64,000 nt of DNA from Clostridia bacterium (GTDB lineage: Bacteria; Bacillota; Clostridia; RGIG6154), in assembly GCA_017409875.1 (NCBI GenBank), contig JAFQRW010000020.1:22265-86264 (forward strand), written 5' to 3'. Numbering within the stretch: the first letter of the stretch is position 1; the number at the start of each line of letters is the position of its first letter. Shown here piece by piece: positions 16,156-25,082 of the stretch. The notes under the pieces were generated by a model. That model searched no databases and had not been told where the DNA came from. It saw nothing but the letters and a program-made list of their open reading frames with translations. The position numbers and the translations under genes are program-made.

Positions 16156-17601
16156 ATGGAAAATCTGGAAAAACTAGTAAACAAATTAAGAGAATATGAC
16201 AACGAAGAGAATTGGTTTGAATTTAAGCATAATAATTATGATCCTGAAATAATCGGTCAGGACATAAGTGCTTTAGCAAACGGAGCTGCTTTTGCCGAAA
16301 AAGCTTGTGCTTATATGATTTGGGGTGTTGATGATAAAACTCATGAAATTGTCGGAACTGATTATGATCAATATTCACTTAAAGTAGGCAATCAGGAAAT
16401 CGAGAACTGGTTGCGTACCTTAATATCCAAAAATGCAGAATTTGAATTCAAAACAATTTATATGAATGATAAACGTGTAGTAGTGCTCATAATATATAAA
16501 GCAACCAATCAAACAGTAACATTTAAAAAGGTTGACTATATTAGAGTTGGGAGCTACACAAAAAAATTGAACGATTTTCCGCAAATGCAGGCACAACTGT
16601 GGGATAAGATCAGAAATAGCCGATTCGAAGAACAATATGCCAAGCAGGATTTATCCGCTTCGGAAGCTATACAACTACTGGATTTTTCTGTTTATTTCGA
16701 TCTCAAGAATGAACCAATTCCTGCTGAATTAGAGGGCATTATCCATTATTTAGTTCAGGAAGATATTTTAGCGAAACAAGATAATGGTATGTATGCTATT
16801 ACGAACATGGGTGCGATCTTATTTGCTAAAAGATTATCTGACTTCCCGAGACTCGAAAGAAAAGCTGTCAGAGTTGTACAATATAAAGACAACAGTAGAC
16901 TTGAATTGTTAAAAGAGGATGTAGGAAATAAAGGTTACGCTGTCGGATTTGACGGACTACTAAAATTCATTGAGGCATTATTACCTTCAGAAGAAGTAAT
17001 TGACGGAGCTATACGTTATAAAAAAACAACATACCCATCAATTGCATTAAGAGAAGCAATTGCAAATGCGCTGATTCATCAGGATTTTTCTGTTACTGGC
17101 ACAGGTGTGGTTGTTGAAATCTTCGGCAATAGAATAGAAATAACAAATCCTGGTACTCCGTTAGTTGATGTATACAGGATCATAGATAATCCACCAAAAT
17201 CGCGTAATGAAAAACTTGCTTCTCTAATGCGAAGATTAAAAATGTGCGAAGAACTTGGAACAGGTTGGGATAAAATTGTCATTTCCTGCGAACTCCAACA
17301 ATTGCCAACTCCACACATAAGAATTTACGAGGAAAATACAAAAGTAACTCTATTTTCTAAAGTAGACTTTTTCGACTTGTCTCCACACGATAAAATTTGG
17401 GCTTGTTATATGCACGCTTGCATTAAATATATACAAGGCGAATTTTTAACCAACAGTTCTTTAAGGGAACGATTTGGGGTGTCTGATGCTTCTTCTGCAA
17501 GTGTTTCTAGATTAATTAAAGACACTTGTGAAAAAGGATATATCAGAAAATTAGAAGACACTGCACCAAAGCACACAAAATATATTCCTGCATGGGCATA
17601 A
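16156..17601 (+). CDS. Schlafen/AlbA_2 domain plus HATPase_c_4-like ATP-binding putative DNA-binding protein
   Basis: N-terminal EENWFEFKHNNYD...ISALANGAAF...YMIWGVDD (AlbA_2) and C-terminal LREAIANALIHQDFS...IEITNPG. Confidence 0.65.
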   Translation: MENLEKLVNKLREYDNEENWFEFKHNNYDPEIIGQDISALANGAAFAEKACAYMIWGVDDKTHEIVGTDYDQYSLKVGNQEIENWLRTLISKNAEFEFKTIYMNDKRVVVLIIYKATNQTVTFKKVDYIRVGSYTKKLNDFPQMQAQLWDKIRNSRFEEQYAKQDLSASEAIQLLDFSVYFDLKNEPIPAELEGIIHYLVQEDILAKQDNGMYAITNMGAILFAKRLSDFPRLERKAVRVVQYKDNSRLELLKEDVGNKGYAVGFDGLLKFIEALLPSEEVIDGAIRYKKTTYPSIALREAIANALIHQDFSVTGTGVVVEIFGNRIEITNPGTPLVDVYRIIDNPPKSRNEKLASLMRRLKMCEELGTGWDKIVISCELQQLPTPHIRIYEENTKVTLFSKVDFFDLSPHDKIWACYMHACIKYIQGEFLTNSSLRERFGVSDASSASVSRLIKDTCEKGYIRKLEDTAPKHTKYIPAWA

Positions 17602-17626
17602 TTTAACTTGCTGGTAACTTGCAGAA
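17600..17626. repeat. 27-bp direct repeat, copy 1 (AATTTAACTTGCTGGTAACTTGCAGAA)
   Basis: Exact copy at 17696-17722. Each copy contains TAACTTGC twice. Confidence 0.85.
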
Positions 17627-17695
17627 GGAATAATAGCAAAGGAAATTAACGCAAAATAAAGGATCCCAAGTATCCAAAACACAATATATAGTATA

Positions 17696-17722
17696 AATTT
17701 AACTTGCTGGTAACTTGCAGAA
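17696..17722. repeat. 27-bp direct repeat, copy 2
   Basis: Exact copy of 17600-17626, 96 bp downstream. Confidence 0.85.
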
Positions 17723-17743
17723 CAATATATTTTCCAAAACAAA

Positions 17744-17771
17744 GAGCCTAGTTAATACCAGGCTCTTTTTT
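17744..17771. terminator. bidirectional terminator between convergent genes
   Basis: GAGCCT-n10-AGGCTC hairpin followed by a T run. Confidence 0.65.
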
Positions 17772-17786
17772 AATTATACTAACTCG

Positions 17787-19241
17787 TTAATTCATTGTGC
17801 CGATTTCGTCAAGTTTAACACAACTTGATAAAGGTCGTGCATTCCAAAAACAGCCGTTATACCCCATGCCTCTTTCTGACACGCATTTTTTTATAGAAGA
17901 TTTTAATTCATCTATAGAAGAAACCCCAAATAGCTCAAACATTTTTTCACACTGTTTGCGTGATTTTAATTTCTCCCATTCTTGTATATTTTCTTTTGTA
18001 TAAATATAGCATGTCGGGAACCAATAAGTATCAAAAGGTCGATATTCATCATTAATAGGAACATCCAGTGCATTAAAAATTTGATATAAAAACAAATCTG
18101 CTTGAGCAAGTGCTTCACTGGTATAAATGGGTAACTTTTCTCTTTCATTACACAATATATGTCCCATCAATGTATACTTGTTTTTATATTCGGTTGTTGG
18201 TTTATAGTGTTCTTCGATAATACGACTGTGGTGCCTGAATCTTGAATAATTCGTAGGTAATTTACTTTCATCTAAAGCATTAATTCTCAAAAAATAGGTA
18301 TTGGTTAGTATTTCATTAATTACCTTGTATTCCTTATAATGTCTCAGAAAGGCAATTACACATATAAATAGCTCCCAAATATGACATTTATATATCTCAA
18401 ATTCATATTCACCACATGAGGATACATTTTTCTCGTATGTTTTAGCATATATCAGTGTGTTAAACATATTTTCAAATATTTCAGAAATTACGCTTCCGAC
18501 ATCACACTCCGCACACAATAGAACTTCCAAAAAATCAAGAAAACAATCTCTCACACTTTTCATTCCAATGAATGTATCAAAAACAACTTTAGGATCAGTT
18601 GCATTTTTGTTATAATATTGTTTTAATATCTCGATATACTCTGACATAAACTTATGAATCAAAGCTTCTTGTTTTTTTGTTGAATTAGTGCCTTTTATCT
18701 GTTTTATCAAATCTTGAATAGGAAAAATATTTGCTTTGTCCTCTTCTAACCATTCTGGCTTTGTGCCGAGTTTTGGCTTTTTAACCAAAGGCTTTTCATA
18801 TATGTTCCTCAACAATTTTTCATATTCAGCTTCGTAATTACTATCATCTGACAAATCAATATAAATTCTTGTCTTTATATACGTTGGCACATAAGGGGTA
18901 CCATCTTCATCACACTCAGCGATTATGGGAATAAACTTTTCTTGGTTTACTTTACCATATATCTCCGTTGATATTATAGCCGTTTCATCACCAACTCCGC
19001 CTTCACGTCTGTTTGCTTTTTCTGCATACTTCTTATCACAAATAATTAAAACCTTATCAATATCAGGGTTGTTGACGCACTGCTCCATAAAAACATATTT
19101 ATCTTGTCCCTCTTTTAAGTCCCATTTATCTAAAACAACATCTACACCGTGAGAAACTAATCTTTGTGCTAATGGAACTACTAATGCATCGCTACTCCAT
19201 GAATATGACATAAAAATCTTCGGTATTTTATCTTCTTTCAT
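17787..19241 (-). CDS. TIR-domain protein with ~340-aa uncharacterised C-terminal domain
   Basis: KIFMSYSWSSD..VDVVLDKWDL..VLIICDKKY..GGVGDETAII..FIPII pattern of bacterial TIR/SEFIR-like domains. The rest has no recognisable motif. Confidence 0.7.
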   Translation of the reverse strand: MKEDKIPKIFMSYSWSSDALVVPLAQRLVSHGVDVVLDKWDLKEGQDKYVFMEQCVNNPDIDKVLIICDKKYAEKANRREGGVGDETAIISTEIYGKVNQEKFIPIIAECDEDGTPYVPTYIKTRIYIDLSDDSNYEAEYEKLLRNIYEKPLVKKPKLGTKPEWLEEDKANIFPIQDLIKQIKGTNSTKKQEALIHKFMSEYIEILKQYYNKNATDPKVVFDTFIGMKSVRDCFLDFLEVLLCAECDVGSVISEIFENMFNTLIYAKTYEKNVSSCGEYEFEIYKCHIWELFICVIAFLRHYKEYKVINEILTNTYFLRINALDESKLPTNYSRFRHHSRIIEEHYKPTTEYKNKYTLMGHILCNEREKLPIYTSEALAQADLFLYQIFNALDVPINDEYRPFDTYWFPTCYIYTKENIQEWEKLKSRKQCEKMFELFGVSSIDELKSSIKKCVSERGMGYNGCFWNARPLSSCVKLDEIGTMN

Positions 19242-19282
19242 TTACTTTCTCCTATTCTGTTCACAAAGCTTATATATAAATT

Positions 19283-19311
19283 ATTATACCATATTTCCTG
19301 TATTTTCACAA
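19283..19311 (-). promoter_or_regulatory. promoter of the TIR gene
   Basis: The reverse strand reads TTGTGA-17 nt-TATAAT with a TGg extension. An AGGAGA RBS follows before the ATG at 19241. Confidence 0.6.
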
Positions 19312-19537
19312 CACTAAGTATCAAACTTAAGAACAACCTTTGATGCAAAACAACTTCTCTGTTCACGAAATGTACCACGATGAAGCTCTACACAGGAAGG
19401 GCGCTTTTAGAAAAATGTAAATTAAATAAAAAAATTCAAGAGCCTTAGGTTTATGCCTTAGGCTCTTTTTATATATAAAAAATCAAATTCAAATAACAGG
19501 TTTAGACAATATAGTCTGAAGAAAGCGAGGTGAAACA

Positions 19538-19717
19538 ATGGATACAACAGAAGCAAACACATTAAAAGTCTGTCATCATTGCCTGATGGCAATTGAAAGC
19601 AGAGAGGGACACCAACCAGTATTACGCATTATTGATTTAAGTTTTGTTGATGAAGATGCAGAGTTTAAGTGTGATTGGTGTGGTGAAACTGAAATTGACA
19701 AATTATACGAAATTTAA
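19538..19717 (+). CDS. small zinc-finger-like protein (59 aa)
   Basis: Own translation MDTTEANTLKVCHHCLMAIESREGHQPVLRIIDLSFVDEDAEFKCDWCGETEIDKLYEI, with a GAGGTG RBS. Below the ORF-track cutoff. Confidence 0.5.
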   Translation: MDTTEANTLKVCHHCLMAIESREGHQPVLRIIDLSFVDEDAEFKCDWCGETEIDKLYEI

Positions 19718-19735
19718 AAGTAAGGAGAATAAAAA

Positions 19736-20569
19736 ATGAAAACAAACACTTATGAAAAAGTAACACAGAGGATTTTGGAAGAACTCCAAAAAGGTATAGT
19801 TCCCTGGCAGAAGCCATGGTTTTCAGAAAGGGCAATCAATTATGTAACCCGAAAACCATACAGAGGTATCAATGTATTATTGCTGGATAAACCTGGAGAA
19901 TATCTTACTTTCAAGCAATGTAAGGATGCAGGAGGACATGTTAAAAGAGGTGAAAAAGGTCAAATGATTGTATTCTTCAAGATGATAGAACATGAAGTAT
20001 TAAAAGATGATGGAACAAACGAAACAGAGCAATTCCCTTACCTTACATTCTCAACAGTATTTCACATCAGTCAATGCGAAGGAATTACAAGCAAACAGAA
20101 GCCGCTTCCTGAAAATGAAAATCAGACTATTTATGAAGCCGAAACCATTATCAAAAATTACATCGAAAGAGAACAGATTGACTACTATCAAGTTAAAGGT
20201 AGTGACAGGGCATATTACAGTCCGCTGACCGATTCAATCAATCTACCTGATCTGTCTCAATTCAAAGACAGTCCTGCATTTTATGGCACAGCATTTCACG
20301 AGCTTACACATAGCACAGGACATCAAAAAAGACTTAACAGACCAATCCTGAACTGCTTCTGTGATGAAAAATATTCACAGGAAGAATTAGTTGCAGAGAT
20401 TTCTTCTGCTATGTTGCTATCTTCCCTGAGTATTGAAGGTGTATTTCAAAATTCAGTAAGTTACATAGACAGTTGGTCAAAATTTCTACAAAACAACACA
20501 AAGGCAATTATTAGTGCAAGTAGTCAGGCTCAAAAAGCTGTAGATTATATTTTAAACAAAGGAGAATAA
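19736..20569 (+). CDS. ardC: ArdC-like antirestriction protein (ssDNA-binding N-domain plus zincin metalloprotease)
   Basis: VPWQKPW...KPYRGINVLLL...FKQCKDAGGHVKRGEKG and FHELTHSTGHQKRLNR. Confidence 0.8.
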   Translation: MKTNTYEKVTQRILEELQKGIVPWQKPWFSERAINYVTRKPYRGINVLLLDKPGEYLTFKQCKDAGGHVKRGEKGQMIVFFKMIEHEVLKDDGTNETEQFPYLTFSTVFHISQCEGITSKQKPLPENENQTIYEAETIIKNYIEREQIDYYQVKGSDRAYYSPLTDSINLPDLSQFKDSPAFYGTAFHELTHSTGHQKRLNRPILNCFCDEKYSQEELVAEISSAMLLSSLSIEGVFQNSVSYIDSWSKFLQNNTKAIISASSQAQKAVDYILNKGE

Positions 20570-20571
20570 TT

Positions 20572-21723
20572 ATGGAAAAATATTATACATACCCACTGGC
20601 AACAGAGGTTTTTACATGCACATCATTAAATTCAAACAAAGTATCTGAAGATATGATACATACTGCTGATACTTTAAAAAGAATCTTTCTGAATCAAGGC
20701 ATAAATTGTACTAACACCGATATCACAAATGGATTTACTAACACCATATACCGCTTCGAATTAAGAAGCTTTTCTGTAACACAAGCAAAGATAAAAAGAC
20801 TGGAGCCTTCACTTGACATGTACATAAGATCAAGCGGAGCTTTTATTTCCTTCCCTAAAGGCGAATCTGGCTTTGCGGTGAACGTTCCGAACTCAAACAG
20901 ACCTGATCTTCACTTAGGAACTTTGCTCAACACAGATCAATTTTTTGATTCTCACAATGGTAAAACTGGAAGGTTCAGCCTTCCTTTAGGTGTTGATGAA
21001 AACAACAATATTGTACTTGTTGATTTTAACAGTTTACCACATTTAATCATCGCTGGAAGCACAGGATCTGGAAAAAGCGTATGCCTTAATTCAATTATAA
21101 ATTCTTTGCTTTATCAGGCAATCCCAAACACTTTGCAGTTCCTTATGATTGATCCTAAAAAGGTAGAATTATCGCACTATGAGAAAGCAAAATATTCGCT
21201 GTATTCACCTGTTGTAACCGAGGAATATAATTCCTACACTGCACTTTCAAATATCATCAGAGAGTTAGATTTGCGTTATAAGATTATGCAGTCAGAAGCA
21301 TGTACAAACTTAGATGAATACAACTCTACACATGATACAATCTTTCCAAGAATAGTTGTTGTAATTGACGAGCTTGCAGACTTGTTTATGACATCTAAAA
21401 ACGAAATACAACCGCTTCTGATACGAATTGCACAATTAGGACGAGCTGCAGGAATCCATCTTATACTTGCAACACAATATCCTTCATGCAAGGTAGTAAC
21501 CTCTGAGCTTAAAGCAAACATTCCTGCAAGGATATGCTTTAGTCTTCCTAATGCAAGTAACAGCCGAACAATTATTTCACAGGCAGGAGCTGAAAAACTA
21601 AAAGGCAAAGGAGACGGACTTTTCTGCTCTGGAAAATCTGCTGACATAATCAGATTCCAGTGCCCTATTGTAACAAAAGAAGAAACAAGAAATTTACTAA
21701 AGTACATGGAGGAAAACTTATGA
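20572..21723 (+). CDS. FtsK/SpoIIIE-family DNA translocase (conjugative-element type)
   Basis: Walker A GSTGSGKS and Walker B VVVIDELADL, then GRAAGIHLILATQ. Confidence 0.8.
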   Translation: MEKYYTYPLATEVFTCTSLNSNKVSEDMIHTADTLKRIFLNQGINCTNTDITNGFTNTIYRFELRSFSVTQAKIKRLEPSLDMYIRSSGAFISFPKGESGFAVNVPNSNRPDLHLGTLLNTDQFFDSHNGKTGRFSLPLGVDENNNIVLVDFNSLPHLIIAGSTGSGKSVCLNSIINSLLYQAIPNTLQFLMIDPKKVELSHYEKAKYSLYSPVVTEEYNSYTALSNIIRELDLRYKIMQSEACTNLDEYNSTHDTIFPRIVVVIDELADLFMTSKNEIQPLLIRIAQLGRAAGIHLILATQYPSCKVVTSELKANIPARICFSLPNASNSRTIISQAGAEKLKGKGDGLFCSGKSADIIRFQCPIVTKEETRNLLKYMEENL

Positions 21724-22277
21724 AAATTGGATATATACGTGTTTCAACAGAAGCACAAAACACAGCAAGACAAGAAGTGCTTATGGAGCAATTAGGTGTA
21801 GAAAAACTTTTCATTGATAAATCGAGTGGTAAAAACACCGAGAGAAAACAACTTAATGAGCTTATGGAATTTATACGTGATGGCGATACGGTTATTGTAG
21901 AAAGCATTTCAAGATTTGCAAGAAACACAAGAGATCTGTTAAATCTTGTAGATAAACTCACACAAAAGAAAGTACATTTCATATCACAAAAAGAAAACAT
22001 AGATACCACTACACCCACAGGACAGTTCATGCTTACAATCTTTGCAGCAGTGGCAACACTAGAAAGAGAATCAATTTTACAAAGACAAGCAGAAGGAATT
22101 GCCATAGCAAAAGAGCAAGGTAAATACACTGGCAGAAAGAAAATTGAAAACCCTGAATTTCTGCAGATATATCAAAGATGGCAGAATAAAGAAATTACAG
22201 CTAAAAAAGCCATGCGCATTCTTTCTATGAAACCAAACACATTCTACCGCAGAGCTAAAGAGTTATCTGCAAAATAA
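21720..22277 (+). CDS. serine recombinase (resolvase/invertase family)
   Basis: MKIGYIRVSTEAQNTARQ catalytic motif, with a C-terminal HTH. ATGA overlap with the FtsK-like stop. Confidence 0.85.
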   Translation: MKIGYIRVSTEAQNTARQEVLMEQLGVEKLFIDKSSGKNTERKQLNELMEFIRDGDTVIVESISRFARNTRDLLNLVDKLTQKKVHFISQKENIDTTTPTGQFMLTIFAAVATLERESILQRQAEGIAIAKEQGKYTGRKKIENPEFLQIYQRWQNKEITAKKAMRILSMKPNTFYRRAKELSAK

Positions 22278-22403
22278 TCATATTTCACTGGAGTATACCC
22301 AAATGAAACAAAAAACAGGGAGCCTATTTTGTATCAATAGACTCCCTTTTACTTTTTGAAACATGTGTCAAATTAAATTAGGCTTTTTGAAACACTTGTG
22401 GCA

Positions 22404-22595
22404 TTATTTAAACTTTACATTAAACTCATCCTGCCATGTGCCTTTACCATAGTTAATTCTGATTTGACTTTCAAGTTTTTCAGCAGCATCCCAGCTAATT
22501 TCGTTATTAAATTTTGCCTTTTCAACCGCTTCAATTGACTTTTCCATTTCATTTTGTCTTTGCCAAGCCGCAAATCCTAACAAAAATGCATCCAT
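22404..22595 (-). CDS. hypothetical protein (63 aa), last gene of the helicase operon
   Basis: ORF 38 bp downstream of the previous gene. No motif recognised. Confidence 0.45.
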   Translation of the reverse strand: MDAFLLGFAAWQRQNEMEKSIEAVEKAKFNNEISWDAAEKLESQIRINYGKGTWQDEFNVKFK

Positions 22596-22633
22596 TTTGC
22601 TGTGCTCCTTAACTCTTTTTTAAGTATCCATGA

Positions 22634-23179
22634 TTAATCTGGTCTTCCTTGTGTAGTTCCTGCCAGGCTAAGTGCATTTAACAACCTATTGTATTCATCA
22701 TTTGATGTCACTTTCTTTTCATATATTGTGCCATCACTTAATCTGCTGATAGCCGCTGTAGCAAAATATCTACAATCAGGACATGTAAAAACTCTTTTCA
22801 TATATGCATTTCCTGCTGTTCCTGACATGTTCACCTTTATAGGATATTCTCTTCCAACAGGAAATACTGTTTTGTACATAGGTTTTCCGCAAAACGGACA
22901 TGCGTATGAACTGTCATAAAATACACGTGTAAGCATTGGATTTGGTCTGTTTTCATATGTTGAACCAACATGCCTATTTGTTTTCTGCCACATATTTTTT
23001 CCCTCCTTTATTCTTCTTTCTTCTTCAGCTTTTCTTCGCCTTTCTTCCGTTGCTCTTATTCTTTCTAATTCCGCTTTTCTTTCCTCTTCTTCAGCTTGTT
23101 TTTTAGCTCTATCATCAATTAACATAAATATAGGCATCACCATTAATATAATACAAGATATAATAGTTATCAACTCCAT
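22634..23179 (-). CDS. membrane-anchored coiled-coil / zinc-ribbon protein
   Basis: N-terminal TM helix, a charged EEERKAELERIRATEERRRKAEEERR segment, then CPFCGKPM...CPDCRYF. Confidence 0.55.
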   Translation of the reverse strand: MELITIISCIILMVMPIFMLIDDRAKKQAEEEERKAELERIRATEERRRKAEEERRIKEGKNMWQKTNRHVGSTYENRPNPMLTRVFYDSSYACPFCGKPMYKTVFPVGREYPIKVNMSGTAGNAYMKRVFTCPDCRYFATAAISRLSDGTIYEKKVTSNDEYNRLLNALSLAGTTQGRPD

Positions 23180-23204
23180 ATTAAAACCCTACTTTCTTAT
23201 TTCA

Positions 23205-23675
23205 TTACTCAATAGAAGCGAGAGCTTCTTTGGGTGATAATGTCCCTTCATCTACTGCTCTAATCACAGATTTGTACTTTTTTATGTTTTCACCCAAGGT
23301 ACGAAACATCATACCGAGCACACTCCAAGAAGTATCAGATAAAAGCATTTTTTGTCTAACATCTCCAACCATTCTGCAACATACAAGCTTTTGTTCATAA
23401 AACAATAAAAATTCAGGACTTGCCAGTCTATTATTTATCATCATTATTATTTCACTTACTTTTATTTCACTTCGTTTCTGCAAACTAAAAATAGGTACAA
23501 AGAGAGTAAAATCACTTTTTCCTACCTGTATACCCACTCTCATAGTTTCATCCGTATTTTCACTAATCTTGACATTGGGCACCATTATGATTCCCTTCTT
23601 TTCTATTGTTTCAAACTTATACCCCATTTTTTCAACTGACATTAATGCATAATTATAAATTTCTTTTGAATACAT
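23205..23675 (-). CDS. hypothetical protein, YbjN/T3SS-chaperone-like (tentative)
   Basis: 156 aa. Its layout is similar to the upstream 193-aa paralogue (..NNRLASPEFLLFYEQKLVCCRM..). Family assignment is from recall only. Confidence 0.4.
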   Translation of the reverse strand: MYSKEIYNYALMSVEKMGYKFETIEKKGIIMVPNVKISENTDETMRVGIQVGKSDFTLFVPIFSLQKRSEIKVSEIIMMINNRLASPEFLLFYEQKLVCCRMVGDVRQKMLLSDTSWSVLGMMFRTLGENIKKYKSVIRAVDEGTLSPKEALASIE

Positions 23676-23693
23676 AATAATCTCCTTGTTTTC

Positions 23694-24275
23694 CTAAAAA
23701 TTTCCGTTCAAGTCAACTTCTCCCATCTCAATAAGTTTACTCGTTATACTTAATTGTGCCTGATATGACGGTTCTGCTCCATTTTGCACGGACATAATAG
23801 CATGTCCAAATGACTCTAATTGATCATTAACTTTAAATATGGCTTCTTTAATCTCTTTTTCCGAAATCTCATCGCTAAATGTATAACTATGATGACGGCA
23901 AAATATCATTTTATGCTGATAATCCAAGAACAAACTTGGTGTAAATTGTTCATTTAACCTTAACAAAAGTTCACACATGTTAGCAATTCGATTATCTTGT
24001 ACAACAAAGTTATCGTATACACCCTTTATAATATAGCTCTCTTCATATGCCTTAATCATAATTCGTACATTCTTAATTTCTGAGTTAATTTGATTAAAAA
24101 ATGTTATTACACCATTATTTTCTTGATACGGAATGTTTAAATCTTTTAATACGTTCTTTACACTTTGATAGAAATTATTTTGTGGTTGCGGTTTTAATTC
24201 TTCTTTACGAGAAGAACTTGATCCTTTTAATAGATTTATAATTCTTTGACAAAAACTTTGCTCTTTCATTTTCAT
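23694..24275 (-). CDS. hypothetical protein, YbjN/T3SS-chaperone-like (tentative)
   Basis: 193 aa with ..LLRLNEQFTPSLFLDYQHKMIFCRHH... Confidence 0.4.
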   Translation of the reverse strand: MKMKEQSFCQRIINLLKGSSSSRKEELKPQPQNNFYQSVKNVLKDLNIPYQENNGVITFFNQINSEIKNVRIMIKAYEESYIIKGVYDNFVVQDNRIANMCELLLRLNEQFTPSLFLDYQHKMIFCRHHSYTFSDEISEKEIKEAIFKVNDQLESFGHAIMSVQNGAEPSYQAQLSITSKLIEMGEVDLNGNF

Positions 24276-24314
24276 ATCTCCTTCTTTAAATTCATGTTGT
24301 TATACACACTCCAA

Positions 24315-25067
24315 TCAATCATCTCGCGATTCTGCCCAGCTCTCATAATCCTCATAAGACGGGAATTCAGATGCATAACTGACAAAATTAGATTCAGCAG
24401 CTTTAGCATAATGCTCCATCTCCAATTTTTCCCAATCTTCTAAATCATTATCACTTTCATCAGGTTGTAAAATATTGCTTTCTTGCCCCAAATATGATAT
24501 TTTAGTAGTTGATGGTATAGCGCAAGCTCCAATCTCTGTACCATAAGGTACAGTAATCGATTTCAAAGATGAACACCCCTGAAAAGCAGAATGACCAATG
24601 TATGAAATGTTGTTTGGAACAACTACATTTGTTAAAGATGTACAATCTGTAAAAGTATACAATTCAATACCATTAATGTACTTTGGGAGAACAACTGATT
24701 TTAATGATGTACAATTCTGAAAAGCTGCGTTACCAACATATGTAACACTATCTGGAATGTTGATAGTCATCAATGCTCTGCAAGCTAAAAAAGCGTAATC
24801 CTCAATTCTTTCAACACCACTTGAAATGATAACACTTTTTAATTTCGCACAACCATAAAAAGCACCCTCGCCAATAGTTATAACATTGCCTGGAATTGTA
24901 ACTGTTGTCAAATTAGAAGACATTTTAAAAGCATCTTCTCCAATTTCAGTAATAAAATCAGGTAACGTCACACTTTGCTCATTACCTTTATATGATTTTA
25001 GCACAGTACCTTCAATCACAAACCCTTCTGAATTTCTTTGATTGTTTGCATAATTCTGCATTTTCAT
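24315..25067 (-). CDS. BspA-type leucine-rich-repeat protein, no signal peptide, acidic C-terminal tail
   Basis: Repeats of the type IPxxVTxIGxxAFxxCxxLKSV occur five or more times. The tail is DESDNDLEDWEKLEMEH...EDYESWAESRDD. Confidence 0.75.
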   Translation of the reverse strand: MKMQNYANNQRNSEGFVIEGTVLKSYKGNEQSVTLPDFITEIGEDAFKMSSNLTTVTIPGNVITIGEGAFYGCAKLKSVIISSGVERIEDYAFLACRALMTINIPDSVTYVGNAAFQNCTSLKSVVLPKYINGIELYTFTDCTSLTNVVVPNNISYIGHSAFQGCSSLKSITVPYGTEIGACAIPSTTKISYLGQESNILQPDESDNDLEDWEKLEMEHYAKAAESNFVSYASEFPSYEDYESWAESRDD

Positions 25068-25082
25068 CTCTCCAATTTATTT

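Noticed and set aside
19350-19425. 25-codon ORF MQNNFSVHEMYHDEALHRKGAFRKM upstream of the ArdC operon
   Set aside because: No RBS is present, the ORF is very short, and there is no support beyond an ATG. It may be a gene fragment, but this cannot be supported from sequence alone.
21276-22129. Antisense ORFs (21276-21707, 21665-22129, and similar ones such as 5175-5444, 9456-9803, 37745-38158, 41129-41431, 57214-57621, 60746-61066, 56888-57277)
   Set aside because: Each lies wholly inside a well-supported gene on the opposite strand. They have low-complexity Ser/Leu/Phe-rich translations typical of antisense frames, and no RBS.
22345-22395. Two copies of CTTTTTGAAACA downstream of the resolvase as a possible res site
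   Set aside because: The motif is short and AT-rich. It lies downstream rather than upstream of the resolvase gene, in a terminator region. Evidence is insufficient.
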